Shown here: one piece after another, positions 49,926 to 59,784 of the stretch
How positions within the stretch are numbered: the stretch's first letter is position 1
How the letters are laid out: every line of letters begins with the position of its first letter
Assembly: GCA_937975235.1 (NCBI GenBank)
Contig: CALJUZ010000001.1
Coordinates: 21,885 to 85,884, forward strand
Direction of reading: 5' to 3'
DNA from: an uncultured Bacillota bacterium
Lineage (GTDB): Bacteria > Bacillota > Limnochordia > Limnochordales > ZCTH02-B6
DNA: 64,000 nucleotides
Program-made: the position numbers and the translations under genes
The notes under the pieces: generated by a model
What the model was told of the DNA's origin: nothing
Database searches by the model: none
Seen by the model: only the letters and a program-made list of their open reading frames with translations

Positions 49926-49961
49926 CAGGGAACCCGGCTCTCGCGAGAGGGCGGTTCCCTG
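49926..49961 (+). other. Nested GC palindrome / hairpin between the comB-like gene and the E1alpha gene
   Basis: CAGGGAACC-cgg-CTCTCG|CGAGAG-ggc-GGTTCCCTG (9-bp outer and 6-bp inner stems). No U-tract follows. Confidence 0.3.
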
Positions 49962-50007
49962 CCGGCGGGCATAGTGGTGTAGCACGCGAGGACGCCCAAG
50001 GGAGGGA

Positions 50008-51003
50008 ATGTGGGTGGAAAACCGGCACGCGGCCCTCGGTCTTACGGACCAGGACGTGCTCGAAATGTACAAAAAAATACTGCTGACCCGCATGTTTGAC
50101 GAACGCACCTGGATCCTCAATCGTATGGGGAAGGTGCATTTTCTTATTTCGGGGCAAGGTCAGGAGGCCGCGCAAATCGGCGCGGCGTGGGCGCTGCGCC
50201 CGGGCAAGGACTGGGTGCTGCCGTATTACCGCGACCTAGGCGTCGTGCTGACGCTGGGCATGACGGTGCGCGAGCTGATGCTGATGAACTTCGCCAAGGC
50301 CGGCGATCCCAACAGCGGCGGGCGGCAAATGCCGAGCCACTGGAGTCACGTGGGCCTGAACATTTTCACCGGCTCCAGCCCCGTCGCGACGCAGCTGCCC
50401 CACGCGACGGGCATCGCCTACGCGGCCAAGCTGCGGGGCGACGACATCGTGGTCTGGACGTCCTTCGGCGACGGCACCGCCAACAAAGGCGACACCCACG
50501 AAGCCATGAATTTCGCCGGCGTGCACCAGCTGCCGGTCATATTTTTCTGCGAAAACAACGGCTACGCCATTTCCGTCCCCAAGGACCTGCAGATGGCCGT
50601 GGACGACGTCGCGACGCGCGCCGCGGGCTACGGATTCCCGGGCGTCGTCGTGGACGGCACCGACGTGTTCGAGGTGTACCGCGTGACGAAAGAAGCGGTG
50701 GATCGCGCGCTCCGCGGCGAAGGGCCCACGCTGATTGAGGCCAAGGTGTACCGCTTCACGCCCCACTCCAGCGACGACGACGACCGCACCTACCGGGACC
50801 CGGAGGAAGTGGCCCGCCAGCGGGAGCACGATCCGGTGCGCAAGCTGCGGGAGTATGTGCTGGCCCACGGCATCTTGACCGAGGAAGAAGACCAGCGGCT
50901 GAAGCAAGAGTTCGAGGCGGAAATCGACGCGGCGGTGGAATACGCCGAGGCGGCGCCGGATCCGGATCCGTCGGACCTGGTGCGGCACGTATTCGCGCAG
51001 TAA
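50008..51003 (+). CDS. 2-oxoacid dehydrogenase E1 component, alpha subunit (TPP-dependent; PDH/BCKDH type)
   Basis: 331 aa. TPP motif FGDGTANKGDTHEAMNFAGVHQLPVIFFCENNGYAIS. The start may be GTG 50014, which has better spacing to the GGGAGGG. Confidence 0.88.
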   Translation: MWVENRHAALGLTDQDVLEMYKKILLTRMFDERTWILNRMGKVHFLISGQGQEAAQIGAAWALRPGKDWVLPYYRDLGVVLTLGMTVRELMLMNFAKAGDPNSGGRQMPSHWSHVGLNIFTGSSPVATQLPHATGIAYAAKLRGDDIVVWTSFGDGTANKGDTHEAMNFAGVHQLPVIFFCENNGYAISVPKDLQMAVDDVATRAAGYGFPGVVVDGTDVFEVYRVTKEAVDRALRGEGPTLIEAKVYRFTPHSSDDDDRTYRDPEEVARQREHDPVRKLREYVLAHGILTEEEDQRLKQEFEAEIDAAVEYAEAAPDPDPSDLVRHVFAQ

Positions 51004-51018
51004 GGAGGCCAAAGGTTC

Positions 51019-52005
51019 GTGGCGGAAAAAACGCTTCTTGAAGCCATCAACGAGGCTTTGGCGGAGGAGATGCGCCGCGACGAACGGGTCTTCGTCCTGG
51101 GGCAGGACGTGGGCCGGCGCGGCGGCGTCTTCCGGGTGACGCAAGGTCTCATCGACGAGTTCGGCCCCCAGCGGGTTTTGGACACGCCGCTGACCGAATC
51201 GCTCATCGTCGGCGCGGCCATCGGCGCGGCGGGGTACGGGATGCGCCCGGTGGCCGAGATCCAGTTCGCGGATTTTATCCACCCGGCCATGGACCAGATC
51301 ATCAACGAGGCGGCCAAAATCCGCTACCGGTCCAACGGCGCCTGGAGCTGCCCTATGGTCGTGCGGGCGCCTTTCGGCGGCGGCGTGCACGGCGCTCTCT
51401 ACCATTCGCAAAGCGTGGAGGCTTTGTTCCACCACGTGCCGGGCCTTAAGATCGTCATTCCTTCCACCCCCTACGATGCGAAAGGGCTGCTCAAGGCGGC
51501 GATCCGAGACGAGGATCCCGTCTTGTTTTTTGAGCACAAGAAGGGCTACCGGCTCTGGCGCGGGGAGGTGCCGGAGGAGGACTACGTCATTCCTCTGGGC
51601 AAAGCCGACGTCAAGCGGCCGGGCAAAGACCTGACGGTCATCACCTACGGCTGGAACGTGCACCTGTGCCTGGAGGCGGCCGAGCGGCTGGCCCGGGAAG
51701 ACGGCTTTGAGGCCGAAGTCATCGACCTGCGCACCGTCGCGCCGCTGGACCGGGAGACCATCGTCGCGTCGGTCAAGAAGACCGGGCGGGTCATGATCTC
51801 CCACGAGGACACCAAGACCGGCGGCATCGGCGCGGAAGTGAGCGCGATCATCGCGGAGGAGGCGCTGTTTTACCTGGACGCGCCCATCCAGCGGGTGGCG
51901 CCGCCCGACGTGCCCGCGATGCCGTACAACAGCGTCCTTGAGAAGGCGTTCATGCCGTCGGCGGAGCAGCAGTACGAGGCCATGCGGGAATTGGCCCGCT
52001 TCTAG
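51019..52005 (+). CDS. 2-oxoacid dehydrogenase E1 component, beta subunit
   Basis: 328 aa. Motifs: RVLDTPLTESLIVGAAIGAAGYGMRPVAEIQFADF and the transketolase C-terminal-like domain. GTG start after AAGGAGG. Confidence 0.9.
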   Translation: MAEKTLLEAINEALAEEMRRDERVFVLGQDVGRRGGVFRVTQGLIDEFGPQRVLDTPLTESLIVGAAIGAAGYGMRPVAEIQFADFIHPAMDQIINEAAKIRYRSNGAWSCPMVVRAPFGGGVHGALYHSQSVEALFHHVPGLKIVIPSTPYDAKGLLKAAIRDEDPVLFFEHKKGYRLWRGEVPEEDYVIPLGKADVKRPGKDLTVITYGWNVHLCLEAAERLAREDGFEAEVIDLRTVAPLDRETIVASVKKTGRVMISHEDTKTGGIGAEVSAIIAEEALFYLDAPIQRVAPPDVPAMPYNSVLEKAFMPSAEQQYEAMRELARF

Positions 52006-52026
52006 AAACGGGGGAGGAGGGCCGCC

Positions 52027-53352
52027 GTGGCACGGAAAGTGATTACCATGCCCCAGCTGGGCGAGAGCGTCGTGGAAGGGACCGTGGGCGCCTGGCTCAA
52101 GTCGGTGGGTGACGAGGTCCAGCGGTTCGAGCCTTTGCTGGAAGTTGTGACGGACAAAGTGAACACGGAAATTCCGTCGGAGTTCGCCGGCGTCTTGCGG
52201 GAGATCTTGGTGGAGGAAGGCGCGACCGTGCAGGTGGGCACGCCGCTGTGCGTCATCGAGACGGCCGACGCGGAGACGGCCGAGGAAGGGGCACCGGCCG
52301 GCGAGCCGGCCGCGGAGGCCGAGGCCGGGCGGCCCGGCGCGGCCCGGCCCGAGGCGGCTGCGACCGTCGCGGCGGAACCCGCCCGGGCCGCCGCCACGCC
52401 CGAGGGGCTGCCGCGCGGGCTGTACTCGCCGCTGGTCCGGCGCCTGGCGAAAGAGCACGGCGTCGATTTGCGGCAAGTGACGGGCACGGGCGCCGGCGGG
52501 CGCGTCACCAAGGCGGACGTGCTGGCGTTCGTGGAAAGGCGCGAGCGGGCCGCGGCGCCGGCCGCGGCGCCGAGCGCGGCCGCGCCGACAGGGCCGGCCT
52601 CTCCGGCTGCTGCCGCCGCGCCGGCGGGGGCCTTGCCGCCGGTGGCCGTGGAGCCGGGCGACGAAATCATCACGCCCGATCCGATGCGCAGCGCCATCGC
52701 CCGCCACATGGTGGCCAGCAAGCAGACGGCGCCCCACGCGTGGATGATGATGGAGGCCGACGTGAGCGGACTGGTCGCGCTGCGGGAAGCCCACAAGGCG
52801 GCCTTCGCCGCCCAGGAGGGCGTGCCGCTGACCTTCGTGCCGTTTTTCGTCAAGGCGGTGGTGGACAGCCTGAAGCAGTTCCCGCATCTCAACGCCGCCT
52901 GGCAGGATGAGCGCATCGTGGTGAAGAAGCGCATCAACGTCGGCATCGCGGTGGGGCTGGAGGAGGGCTTGGTCGTCCCCGTCATTCACGACGCGGACCG
53001 GCTCAGCATCGCGGGCCTGGCCCACGCGGTGGCCGACCTGGCCGAACGGGCCCGGGCGGGGAAGCTGCGCCTGGAGGACGTCCAGGGCGGCACCATCACC
53101 GTCAACAACACCGGCGCCTTCGGCTCGGTGGCGTCGTACCCGATTATCAACCAGCCCCAGGCGGCCATTATTACGATGGAGGCCGTCCGCCGCACGCCGG
53201 TGGCGGTGGGCGACGCCATCGCCATTCGCTCGGTGATGAACATGTGCATCTCGTTCGATCACCGGGTGACCGACGGGCTGTACGCAGGGCGCTTCCTGCA
53301 GTCGGTAAAGCAGCGGCTGGAGAGCTACGGCCCTGACACCGCGCTGTACTGA
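52027..53352 (+). CDS. Dihydrolipoamide acyltransferase (E2) of a 2-oxoacid dehydrogenase complex
   Basis: 441 aa. One lipoyl domain (EVVTDKVNTEIPS). An Ala/Pro linker. A peripheral-subunit-binding domain (SPLVRRLAKEHGVDLRQVTGTGAGGRVTKADV). A catalytic DHRVTDG motif. Confidence 0.9.
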   Translation: MARKVITMPQLGESVVEGTVGAWLKSVGDEVQRFEPLLEVVTDKVNTEIPSEFAGVLREILVEEGATVQVGTPLCVIETADAETAEEGAPAGEPAAEAEAGRPGAARPEAAATVAAEPARAAATPEGLPRGLYSPLVRRLAKEHGVDLRQVTGTGAGGRVTKADVLAFVERRERAAAPAAAPSAAAPTGPASPAAAAAPAGALPPVAVEPGDEIITPDPMRSAIARHMVASKQTAPHAWMMMEADVSGLVALREAHKAAFAAQEGVPLTFVPFFVKAVVDSLKQFPHLNAAWQDERIVVKKRINVGIAVGLEEGLVVPVIHDADRLSIAGLAHAVADLAERARAGKLRLEDVQGGTITVNNTGAFGSVASYPIINQPQAAIITMEAVRRTPVAVGDAIAIRSVMNMCISFDHRVTDGLYAGRFLQSVKQRLESYGPDTALY

Positions 53353-53370
53353 GGCCCCGGATAGGAGTGG

Positions 53371-54387
53371 ATGTCGATGGAGCGAGAACTGCCGTTGGTG
53401 TCCGTCAACGGTTTGCCGACGGAGCACGCCGGCGCCGCCGCGCCCGAGGCCGGCGCGGCCGGAGCGGCGGGCGGCCCGGCGCTGAGGACGCGGCCGCCCC
53501 GCCGGTCGGCCAACTACAGCCGCACGGGCAAGCCCGAGTGGCTGCGCATCCGGGCCACCATGGGGCCCAACTACCGCCGCCTGAAAAACATGATGCGGGG
53601 CCTGGCGCTGCACACCGTGTGCGAGGAGGCCCAGTGCCCCAACATGTTCGAGTGCTGGGAGAGCGGCACGGCCACGTTCATGATTTTGGGCGACATCTGC
53701 ACGCGGGCGTGCGGCTTCTGCGCGGTCAAGTCGGGCAGGCCCACGGAGCTGGACTGGGCCGAACCCGCCCGCGTGGCCGAAGCCGTCAAGGCCATGGGCC
53801 TGAAGCACGCGGTGATTACGTCGGTGACGCGGGACGACCTGCTCAACGGCGGCGCGGAAATTTTCCACAACACCATCAAGGCCGTCCGGGAAGTGAGCCC
53901 GGGCACCAGCATCGAGGTGCTCATTCCGGACTTCCAGGGCAACTGGGAAGCGCTGAAGATTACGATGGACGCGCGGCCGGAGATTCTAAACCACAACATG
54001 GAAACGGTGCCGCGCCTGTATCCGTGGGTGCGTCCCAAGGCCGTTTACGAGCAGTCGCTGGAGCTGCTGCGCCGGGCCAAGGAAATGGATCCGGACGTAT
54101 TGACCAAGACCGGCATTATGGTCGGCCTGGGCGAGACGCTGGAGGAAATCGAGCAGGTGATGCGCGACGTGCACGCGGCGGGCGTGGACATTATGACCAT
54201 CGGGCAGTACCTGCGGCCGTCCGTCAAGCATTTGCCCGTGGAGAAGTACTACACGCCCGAGGAGTTTGACCAGCTGAAGCGCATGGGCGAGGCCATCGGC
54301 ATTCCCCACGTGGAGTCGGGGCCGCTGGTACGCAGCTCCTACCACGCGCGGGAGCAGTTCGAGAAGCTGGGTGGCGTCACGGTATGA
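53371..54387 (+). CDS. lipA: Lipoyl synthase
   Basis: 338 aa. Auxiliary cluster motif [13 protein letters not shown] and radical-SAM motif [10 protein letters not shown]. The start is ATG 53371 or ATG 53377. Confidence 0.93.
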   Translation: MSMERELPLVSVNGLPTEHAGAAAPEAGAAGAAGGPALRTRPPRRSANYSRTGKPEWLRIRATMGPNYRRLKNMMRGLALHTVCEEAQCPNMFECWESGTATFMILGDICTRACGFCAVKSGRPTELDWAEPARVAEAVKAMGLKHAVITSVTRDDLLNGGAEIFHNTIKAVREVSPGTSIEVLIPDFQGNWEALKITMDARPEILNHNMETVPRLYPWVRPKAVYEQSLELLRRAKEMDPDVLTKTGIMVGLGETLEEIEQVMRDVHAAGVDIMTIGQYLRPSVKHLPVEKYYTPEEFDQLKRMGEAIGIPHVESGPLVRSSYHAREQFEKLGGVTV

Positions 54388-55187
54388 CCGTCGGCTCGGC
54401 GCGAAACGTGAACGAACGGGCCTCCGGGGGCGCCGCGCCGCGGCCCCTTTGCTGGGCCGTTGACTTGGGCACGTTTCACTACGGCCGGGCGTGGGATTTG
54501 CAAGGCGGGCTCGTCCGGGCCCGCCTGGCCGATGAAGTGCCGGACCTGCTTTTGTTCGTGGAGCACCCCCACGTCTACACGCTGGGCCGGGCCGGCGACG
54601 ACCGGCACGTCTTGTGGGACCGGCGGCTGCTGGCCCAGCGGGGCGTGGAGATTTACCACGTGGACCGGGGCGGCGACGTCACGTATCACGGCCCCGGCCA
54701 GGCGGTGGGGTATCCCATCATCGCGCTGCGCCGGCACGGGCTGGACGCCCACCGGTATTTGCGCGACCTGGAGGAAGTGCTCATTCGCGCGCTGGCCGAG
54801 TTCGGCATCCGCGGCGGGCGCGTGCCCGGCATGACGGGCGTGTGGGTGGACAACGCCAAAATCGCCGCCATCGGCGTCAAGTTCACCCGCTGGGTGACGA
54901 GCCACGGCTTCGCCCTCAACGTCAACACGGACCTGAGCTACTTCGAAGGCATTATCCCGTGCGGACTGAGCAACCGCAACGTCACGTCCATGCAGGAGCT
55001 TTTGGGCCGGACGGTGGCGATGGCGGACGTGCACGCCGCGCTGCGGCGGCAGTTCGCGGCCGTGTTCGGCCTGGACGTGCAGCCCCAGCCCGTGGAGCTG
55101 CTGCGGCCGTGGCTCCAGGAGACGGGCGGCGCGCCGGGCCGCGGGAGCGCCCGCGCCGGGGCCGAGTCCGGACGAAGGCGAGCGTGA
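54384..55187 (+). CDS. lipB: Octanoyltransferase (lipoyl(octanoyl) transferase)
   Basis: ATGA overlap with the lipA stop. Motifs: [43 protein letters not shown] (Lys), IIPCGL (Cys). Confidence 0.9.
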   Translation: MTVGSARNVNERASGGAAPRPLCWAVDLGTFHYGRAWDLQGGLVRARLADEVPDLLLFVEHPHVYTLGRAGDDRHVLWDRRLLAQRGVEIYHVDRGGDVTYHGPGQAVGYPIIALRRHGLDAHRYLRDLEEVLIRALAEFGIRGGRVPGMTGVWVDNAKIAAIGVKFTRWVTSHGFALNVNTDLSYFEGIIPCGLSNRNVTSMQELLGRTVAMADVHAALRRQFAAVFGLDVQPQPVELLRPWLQETGGAPGRGSARAGAESGRRRA

Positions 55188-55191
55188 AGGG

Positions 55192-56220
55192 ATGCAGAGG
55201 GACCTGGCCGATGCCAACTCGACGATAACCGCCGTCCAAGGCGTGCGCGTCGGGCACTGGACGGAACACCGGGCCCTGACGGGCTGCACCGTCGTGCTGT
55301 TCGACGGGCGGGCCGTGGCCGCGGTGGACGTGCGGGGCGGCGGTCCCGGCACCCGGGAGACGGATCTGCTGGCGCCGGGGCGGCTGGTGCGCCGCATCGA
55401 CGCGGTGCTCCTGACCGGCGGCAGCGCCTTCGGGCTGGCGGCCGCCGACGGGGTCATGCGGTGGCTGGAGGAGCGGGGCCTGGGCTACGACACCGGCGTC
55501 GCGCGGGTGCCCATCGTTCCGGCCGCCGTCGTGTTTGACCTAGGCGTAGGGGATCAACACGTGCGGCCCGGGCCCGATGCGGGCTACGCCGCGTGCGAGG
55601 CGGCGTCCGCGGCGCCCGTGGCCGAGGGCGGCGTGGGCGCCGGCACCGGCGCGACGGTGGGGAAGTGGGCGGGCCCGCAGTACGCGATGAAAGGCGGCCT
55701 GGGCAGCAGCGCGCTGCCCGTGCCCGGCGGCGGCACCGTCGGCGCGCTGGCCGTAGTCAACGCGGTGGGCGACATCGTGGACCCGCTGGACGGCCGTCTC
55801 GTCGCGGGGGCGTACGACAGGGAGAAGCAGGCCTTCTTGACGCTGAAGGCGGCCCGGGCGGCGTCGCCCTTCGGCGGGTCCGGGAAGCCGGCGCCGCCGG
55901 CGACCAACACCGTCATCGCGGTGGTGGCCACGGACGTCGTGCTCTCGAAGGAGGCGCTGTACCGCGTCGCGCAGATGGCCCACGACGGCATCGCCCGCAC
56001 CGTCTATCCCGCGCACACGCCCTGGGACGGGGACACGGTTTTCGCCGTCTCCACCGAGCGCGTCGGCGCGCCGTCGGCGCCGGGCCGGGAAGAGATGGAA
56101 CAGGTGGGCGTCATCGGCGCCCTGGCTGCCGAGGCGCTGGCCCTGGCCGTTTTGCGCGGCGTGCGGGCGGCCCGGGACGCGGGCGGGCTGCCGGCGGCGC
56201 GATCACTGCCTCGCGGCTAG
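55192..56220 (+). CDS. P1/S58 (DmpA-type) family peptidase
   Basis: 342 aa. Motif ITAVQGVRVGHWTEHRALTGCTVVLF...GGGPGTRETDLL...AVLLTGGSAFGLAAADGVMRWLEE...NTVIAVVATD. Confidence 0.8.
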   Translation: MQRDLADANSTITAVQGVRVGHWTEHRALTGCTVVLFDGRAVAAVDVRGGGPGTRETDLLAPGRLVRRIDAVLLTGGSAFGLAAADGVMRWLEERGLGYDTGVARVPIVPAAVVFDLGVGDQHVRPGPDAGYAACEAASAAPVAEGGVGAGTGATVGKWAGPQYAMKGGLGSSALPVPGGGTVGALAVVNAVGDIVDPLDGRLVAGAYDREKQAFLTLKAARAASPFGGSGKPAPPATNTVIAVVATDVVLSKEALYRVAQMAHDGIARTVYPAHTPWDGDTVFAVSTERVGAPSAPGREEMEQVGVIGALAAEALALAVLRGVRAARDAGGLPAARSLPRG

Positions 56221-57422
56221 TCCAACAGCGCTTTGACCCGGTCCAGCAGCGCGTGCGCGACCTCGATCTTGGGCATGGTCGGCAACGCCTCCACGTCTCC
56301 CGACGCGTGGATGATGGTCACCCGGTTGGTGTCCGCGTCGAACCCGCTGTCGGGCGCGGTGACGTCGTTGGCCGCGATGATGGCCAGCCCTTTCTCCAGC
56401 AGCTTGGCGCGCGCGTTTTCCAGCACGTTTTCCGTCTCGGCGGCGAAGCCCACCTTCACCACCGGCGCGTCCACCGACGCGAGGATGTCGGGATTGCGCA
56501 CCAGCCGCAATTCCAGCACGCCGTCGGCGTTGCGCTTTTTGATTTTCTGCGGGGCCGCCGCGGCCGGACGGTAGTCGGCCACGGCCGCGGCCATGATGAG
56601 CGCGTCCGCGCCCCGCACCGCCTCGGCCACCGCGGCCTGCATCTCCAGCGCGGTGGCGACGCGGCGCACGTCGACGCCCGCGGCCGCCTGCACCGGCGGC
56701 GGCGTGGTGGTGATCAGCGTCACCCGGGCGCCCCGGTCGCGGGCCGCTTCCGCGATGGCGTGGCCCATCTTGCCCGACGAGCGGTTGGTGATGAAGCGCA
56801 CCGGGTCCACGGGCTCGCGGGTGCCGCCCGCGGTGACGACGATGCGCCGGCCCGCCAGATCGCCACTTAGGCCCAGCACGTGGCGCACGGTCCCGATGAT
56901 GACGTCCAGGTCCGCCAGCCGCCCTTTGCCCACCAGGCCCGACGCGAGCCGGCCTTCCTCGGGCTCCACGATGACGGCGCCGCGCTGTTTCAGAAGGGCC
57001 AGATTGGCCTGCGTCGCGGGATGGTCGAACATGTTGTGCTCCATGGCGGGGCAGAGGATCATAGGCGCGGACACCGACAAGGCGAGGGTGGTCACCGGGT
57101 TGTCCGCCAGCCCGTGGGCCAGGGCCGCGACGGTGTTGGCCGTGGCGGGCGCCACCACGAAGGCGTCGGCCTGCTGCGCCAGCGCGACGTGGTCCACCGC
57201 GATGTCCGACGTCGGGGCGAACAAGTCGGTGATGACCGGCCGGTGCGTCAGGCTCTGAAAGGTCAGCGGCGCCACGAAGCGGGCCGCCGCGGGCGTCATG
57301 GCCACCTGTACGGCCGCGCCCAGCTGCAGCAGGCGGCTGGTCAGCTCGGCGGCCTTGTACGCCGCGATGCTGCCCGAGACGCCCAGCACGATGGTTTTTC
57401 CGGACAAAGGCGGCCGGCTCAT
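56217..57422 (-). CDS. coaBC: Bifunctional phosphopantothenoylcysteine decarboxylase / phosphopantothenate--cysteine ligase
   Basis: 401 aa. N-terminal flavoprotein motif GKTIVLGVSGSIAAYKA. C-terminal CoaB motif ITNRSSGKMG. ATGA overlap with the coaX stop. Confidence 0.93.
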   Translation of the reverse strand: MSRPPLSGKTIVLGVSGSIAAYKAAELTSRLLQLGAAVQVAMTPAAARFVAPLTFQSLTHRPVITDLFAPTSDIAVDHVALAQQADAFVVAPATANTVAALAHGLADNPVTTLALSVSAPMILCPAMEHNMFDHPATQANLALLKQRGAVIVEPEEGRLASGLVGKGRLADLDVIIGTVRHVLGLSGDLAGRRIVVTAGGTREPVDPVRFITNRSSGKMGHAIAEAARDRGARVTLITTTPPPVQAAAGVDVRRVATALEMQAAVAEAVRGADALIMAAAVADYRPAAAAPQKIKKRNADGVLELRLVRNPDILASVDAPVVKVGFAAETENVLENARAKLLEKGLAIIAANDVTAPDSGFDADTNRVTIIHASGDVEALPTMPKIEVAHALLDRVKALLD

Positions 57423-58249
57423 GCGTTCAGCCCTCCGTGCACCGGCAGGCCCCGGGGCGCGCCGTATCCCGGGTGGTTGCGCACGTACAGCAGGCGCAGG
57501 CCTTCCAGGGTCAGGTGCGGGTCCAGGATGTCCACCACGCCGCTGTAGCGGGCGATGGCGGGCGCGAGGCCGCCGGTGGCGATGACCCGGGGCTCCGCGT
57601 CGGTTTCCTTGCGGAGCTCCTCCTTGAGCTGGTGGATCAGCCCCCGCACCAGTCCGACGTAGCCGTACACCGTGCCCGACTGCATCGCGTGCACCGTGTT
57701 GCGGCCGATGGGCGAAGGCGGCGGCACCAGCTCCACGCGCGGCAGCTTGGCGGCCCGCTCGAACAGCGCCTCGGATGCGATCTGCACCCCCGGTGCGATG
57801 GCGCCGCCCATGTACGCGCCGTCGGCCGAGATGACGTCGAAGGTGGTGGCCGTGCCCAGGTCAACAACGATGGCCGGCCCGCCGTAGCGGTCGCTGCACG
57901 CCACCGCGTTGGCGATGCGGTCCGCGCCCACTTCCGCGGGGTTGTCGACGAGAATTTTCAGGCCCGTGTCGCCGTGGGACGCGCTGACGCGGTAGGGCTG
58001 CAGGCCGAACAAGTTTTGCACCACCTCTTCGTAGGGAGCCTGCAGCGGCGGGACCACGTTGCCTATAACCACCGCGTCCACTTCCACCGGCGAGTGGCCC
58101 GCCCGCTGAAACAAACTGTCGATTTGAATTTCGTATTCGGCCGCCGTGCGGTGAATGTCCGTGGACAGGCTCCACGTCCGCTGCAGCTTTTCGCCGCGGA
58201 AGAGGCCGAAGGTGATGTTCGTATTGCCGATATCGATTGCGAGCAGCAT
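57419..58249 (-). CDS. coaX: Type III pantothenate kinase
   Basis: 276 aa. Motifs: MLLAIDIGNTNITFGLF and VDLGTATTFD. Confidence 0.93.
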   Translation of the reverse strand: MLLAIDIGNTNITFGLFRGEKLQRTWSLSTDIHRTAAEYEIQIDSLFQRAGHSPVEVDAVVIGNVVPPLQAPYEEVVQNLFGLQPYRVSASHGDTGLKILVDNPAEVGADRIANAVACSDRYGGPAIVVDLGTATTFDVISADGAYMGGAIAPGVQIASEALFERAAKLPRVELVPPPSPIGRNTVHAMQSGTVYGYVGLVRGLIHQLKEELRKETDAEPRVIATGGLAPAIARYSGVVDILDPHLTLEGLRLLYVRNHPGYGAPRGLPVHGGLNA

Positions 58250-58406
58250 TTCATCCCATCCTTATGCCAAACGAAACCACTACACGGTATTCTGTGTCAA
58301 GGCGCGTGCTACCTTCCGCGGGCGCGGGCGTCCGTGCCGGCGTCGCGCACGCGGCCCTGCCCGGGCCGGCCGCGGCGGCGCTCCGGCCGCTCCGCGTGGC
58401 GCGCCG

Positions 58407-58436
58407 CTGACAGAGCCGCCCCCGCTGTGGTACACT
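58407..58436 (+). promoter_or_regulatory. Candidate promoter for apgM
   Basis: -35 CTGACA, 18-nt spacer, extended -10 TGgTACACT. About 38 nt upstream of the ATG at 58475. Confidence 0.45.
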
Positions 58437-58474
58437 TCGGACAACGAATCTCGCAAGCTCACGGAGGAGACGCC

Positions 58475-59680
58475 ATGACCAACGTGGAGATTTTGCAGCA
58501 GCTGGCCGTTCCCGCGGATACGAAGCTGGTGCTCCTGGTGCTGGACGGCCTGGGCGGCCTGCCCGGCGAGGAGTCGGGGCGGACGGAGCTGGAGAGCGCC
58601 CGCACGCCCAACCTGGACCGGCTGGCCCGGCAACATTCCGTCGGCCTGGCCACGCCCCTCATCCCCGGCGTGACGCCCGGCAGCGCGCCGGCCCACCTGG
58701 CGCTCTTCGGCTACGACGCGTTCCGGTATCCCATCGGGCGGGGCGTCTTGTCCGCGGTGGGCGTGGGCCTGGACCTGCAACCTGCCGACGTGGCCACCCG
58801 GGTCAACTTCGCCACCATGCAAGACGGCGTCATCACCGACCGGCGGGCGGGCCGCATTCCGACGGAGGAAGCCGAGCGGCTGTGCCGGGCCCTCTCGGCC
58901 ATCAAGATCGAAGGCGTCGACATCACCGTCAAGGCCGAGATGCAGCACCGGGCCGTCATCGTCTGGCGGGGCGAAGGGCTGTCCGCGGCCGTGTCGGACA
59001 CGGACCCTCAAAAGACGGGTGCGGCGCCGCTGCCGGCCCGGGCGCTGGAGCCCGGGGCCCAGCGCATGGCCGACATCGTCAACCGGTTCGTGGCCGAGGC
59101 CAACCGGCTGCTGGCCGGCGAGCCCCGGGCCAATACGATTTTGCTGCGGGGTTTCGGCAGGCTGCCCGACATTCCGAAAATCACGGACCTGTACCGCCTG
59201 CGGGCCGCGGTCATCGCGGCGTATCCCATGTACCGGGGCCTGGCCAAGCTGGTGGGCATGGAGGAGCTGCCGGCGGGGGAGACGTTCAAAGACCAGCTCG
59301 AGTCGCTGAAGCGGGCGTGGCACGACTACGACTACTTCTTCCTGCACGTCAAAGGGACCGACGCGGCGGGGGAGGACGGCGATTTCGCCCGCAAGGCGGC
59401 GGTCATCGAAGAGGTGGACGGGCTGCTGCCGGAGCTTTTGGCGCTCAGCCCCGACGTCTTGGTCATCACGGGCGATCATTCCACGCCGTCGCGGCTTAAG
59501 GCCCACAGCTGGCATCCGGTGCCGGTGCTGCTGGCCTCCCGCTGGGCCCGGCCCAATCCGTGGATCGAAGGATTCGGCGAGTCCGACGCGGTGCGGGGCA
59601 GCCTCGGGCCCATCCGCTCGCAGGACTTGATGGGGCTCATGCTGGCCCACGGGCTGCGGCTGCAGAAGTTCGGCGCCTGA
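58475..59680 (+). CDS. apgM: Cofactor-independent phosphoglycerate mutase, archaeal ApgM type (alkaline-phosphatase superfamily)
   Basis: The track ORF is 57437..59680, and the first 346 codons are antisense to coaX. ATG 58475 follows GGAGGAGA. Sequence: KLVLLVLDGLGGLP...TPNLDRLA...GSAPAHLALFGYD...ITGDHSTP. Confidence 0.85.
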   Translation: MTNVEILQQLAVPADTKLVLLVLDGLGGLPGEESGRTELESARTPNLDRLARQHSVGLATPLIPGVTPGSAPAHLALFGYDAFRYPIGRGVLSAVGVGLDLQPADVATRVNFATMQDGVITDRRAGRIPTEEAERLCRALSAIKIEGVDITVKAEMQHRAVIVWRGEGLSAAVSDTDPQKTGAAPLPARALEPGAQRMADIVNRFVAEANRLLAGEPRANTILLRGFGRLPDIPKITDLYRLRAAVIAAYPMYRGLAKLVGMEELPAGETFKDQLESLKRAWHDYDYFFLHVKGTDAAGEDGDFARKAAVIEEVDGLLPELLALSPDVLVITGDHSTPSRLKAHSWHPVPVLLASRWARPNPWIEGFGESDAVRGSLGPIRSQDLMGLMLAHGLRLQKFGA

Positions 59681-59740
59681 CCCGTCCCCGCCCCGCGGGA
59701 CGGGCGCCGCACCGGCCGCGTCCTGCGCCGAATCTCGGCA

Positions 59741-59783
59741 TAAAAAGAAACCACGCTCCCGATGGCGAGCCATCGGGAGCGTG
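59741..59783 (-). terminator. Rho-independent terminator of rnpB
   Basis: The minus strand reads CACGCTCCCGATGG-ctcg-CCATCGGGAGCGTG, a 14-bp perfect stem, followed by GTTTCTTTTTA. Confidence 0.85.
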
Positions 59784-59784
59784 C

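Noticed and set aside
57437-58474. The 747-aa ORF 57437..59680 as a giant fusion protein.
   Set aside because: The first 346 codons are antisense to coaX and have shadow composition. The ApgM homology begins exactly at ATG 58475, which is preceded by GGAGGAGA and a promoter-like element.
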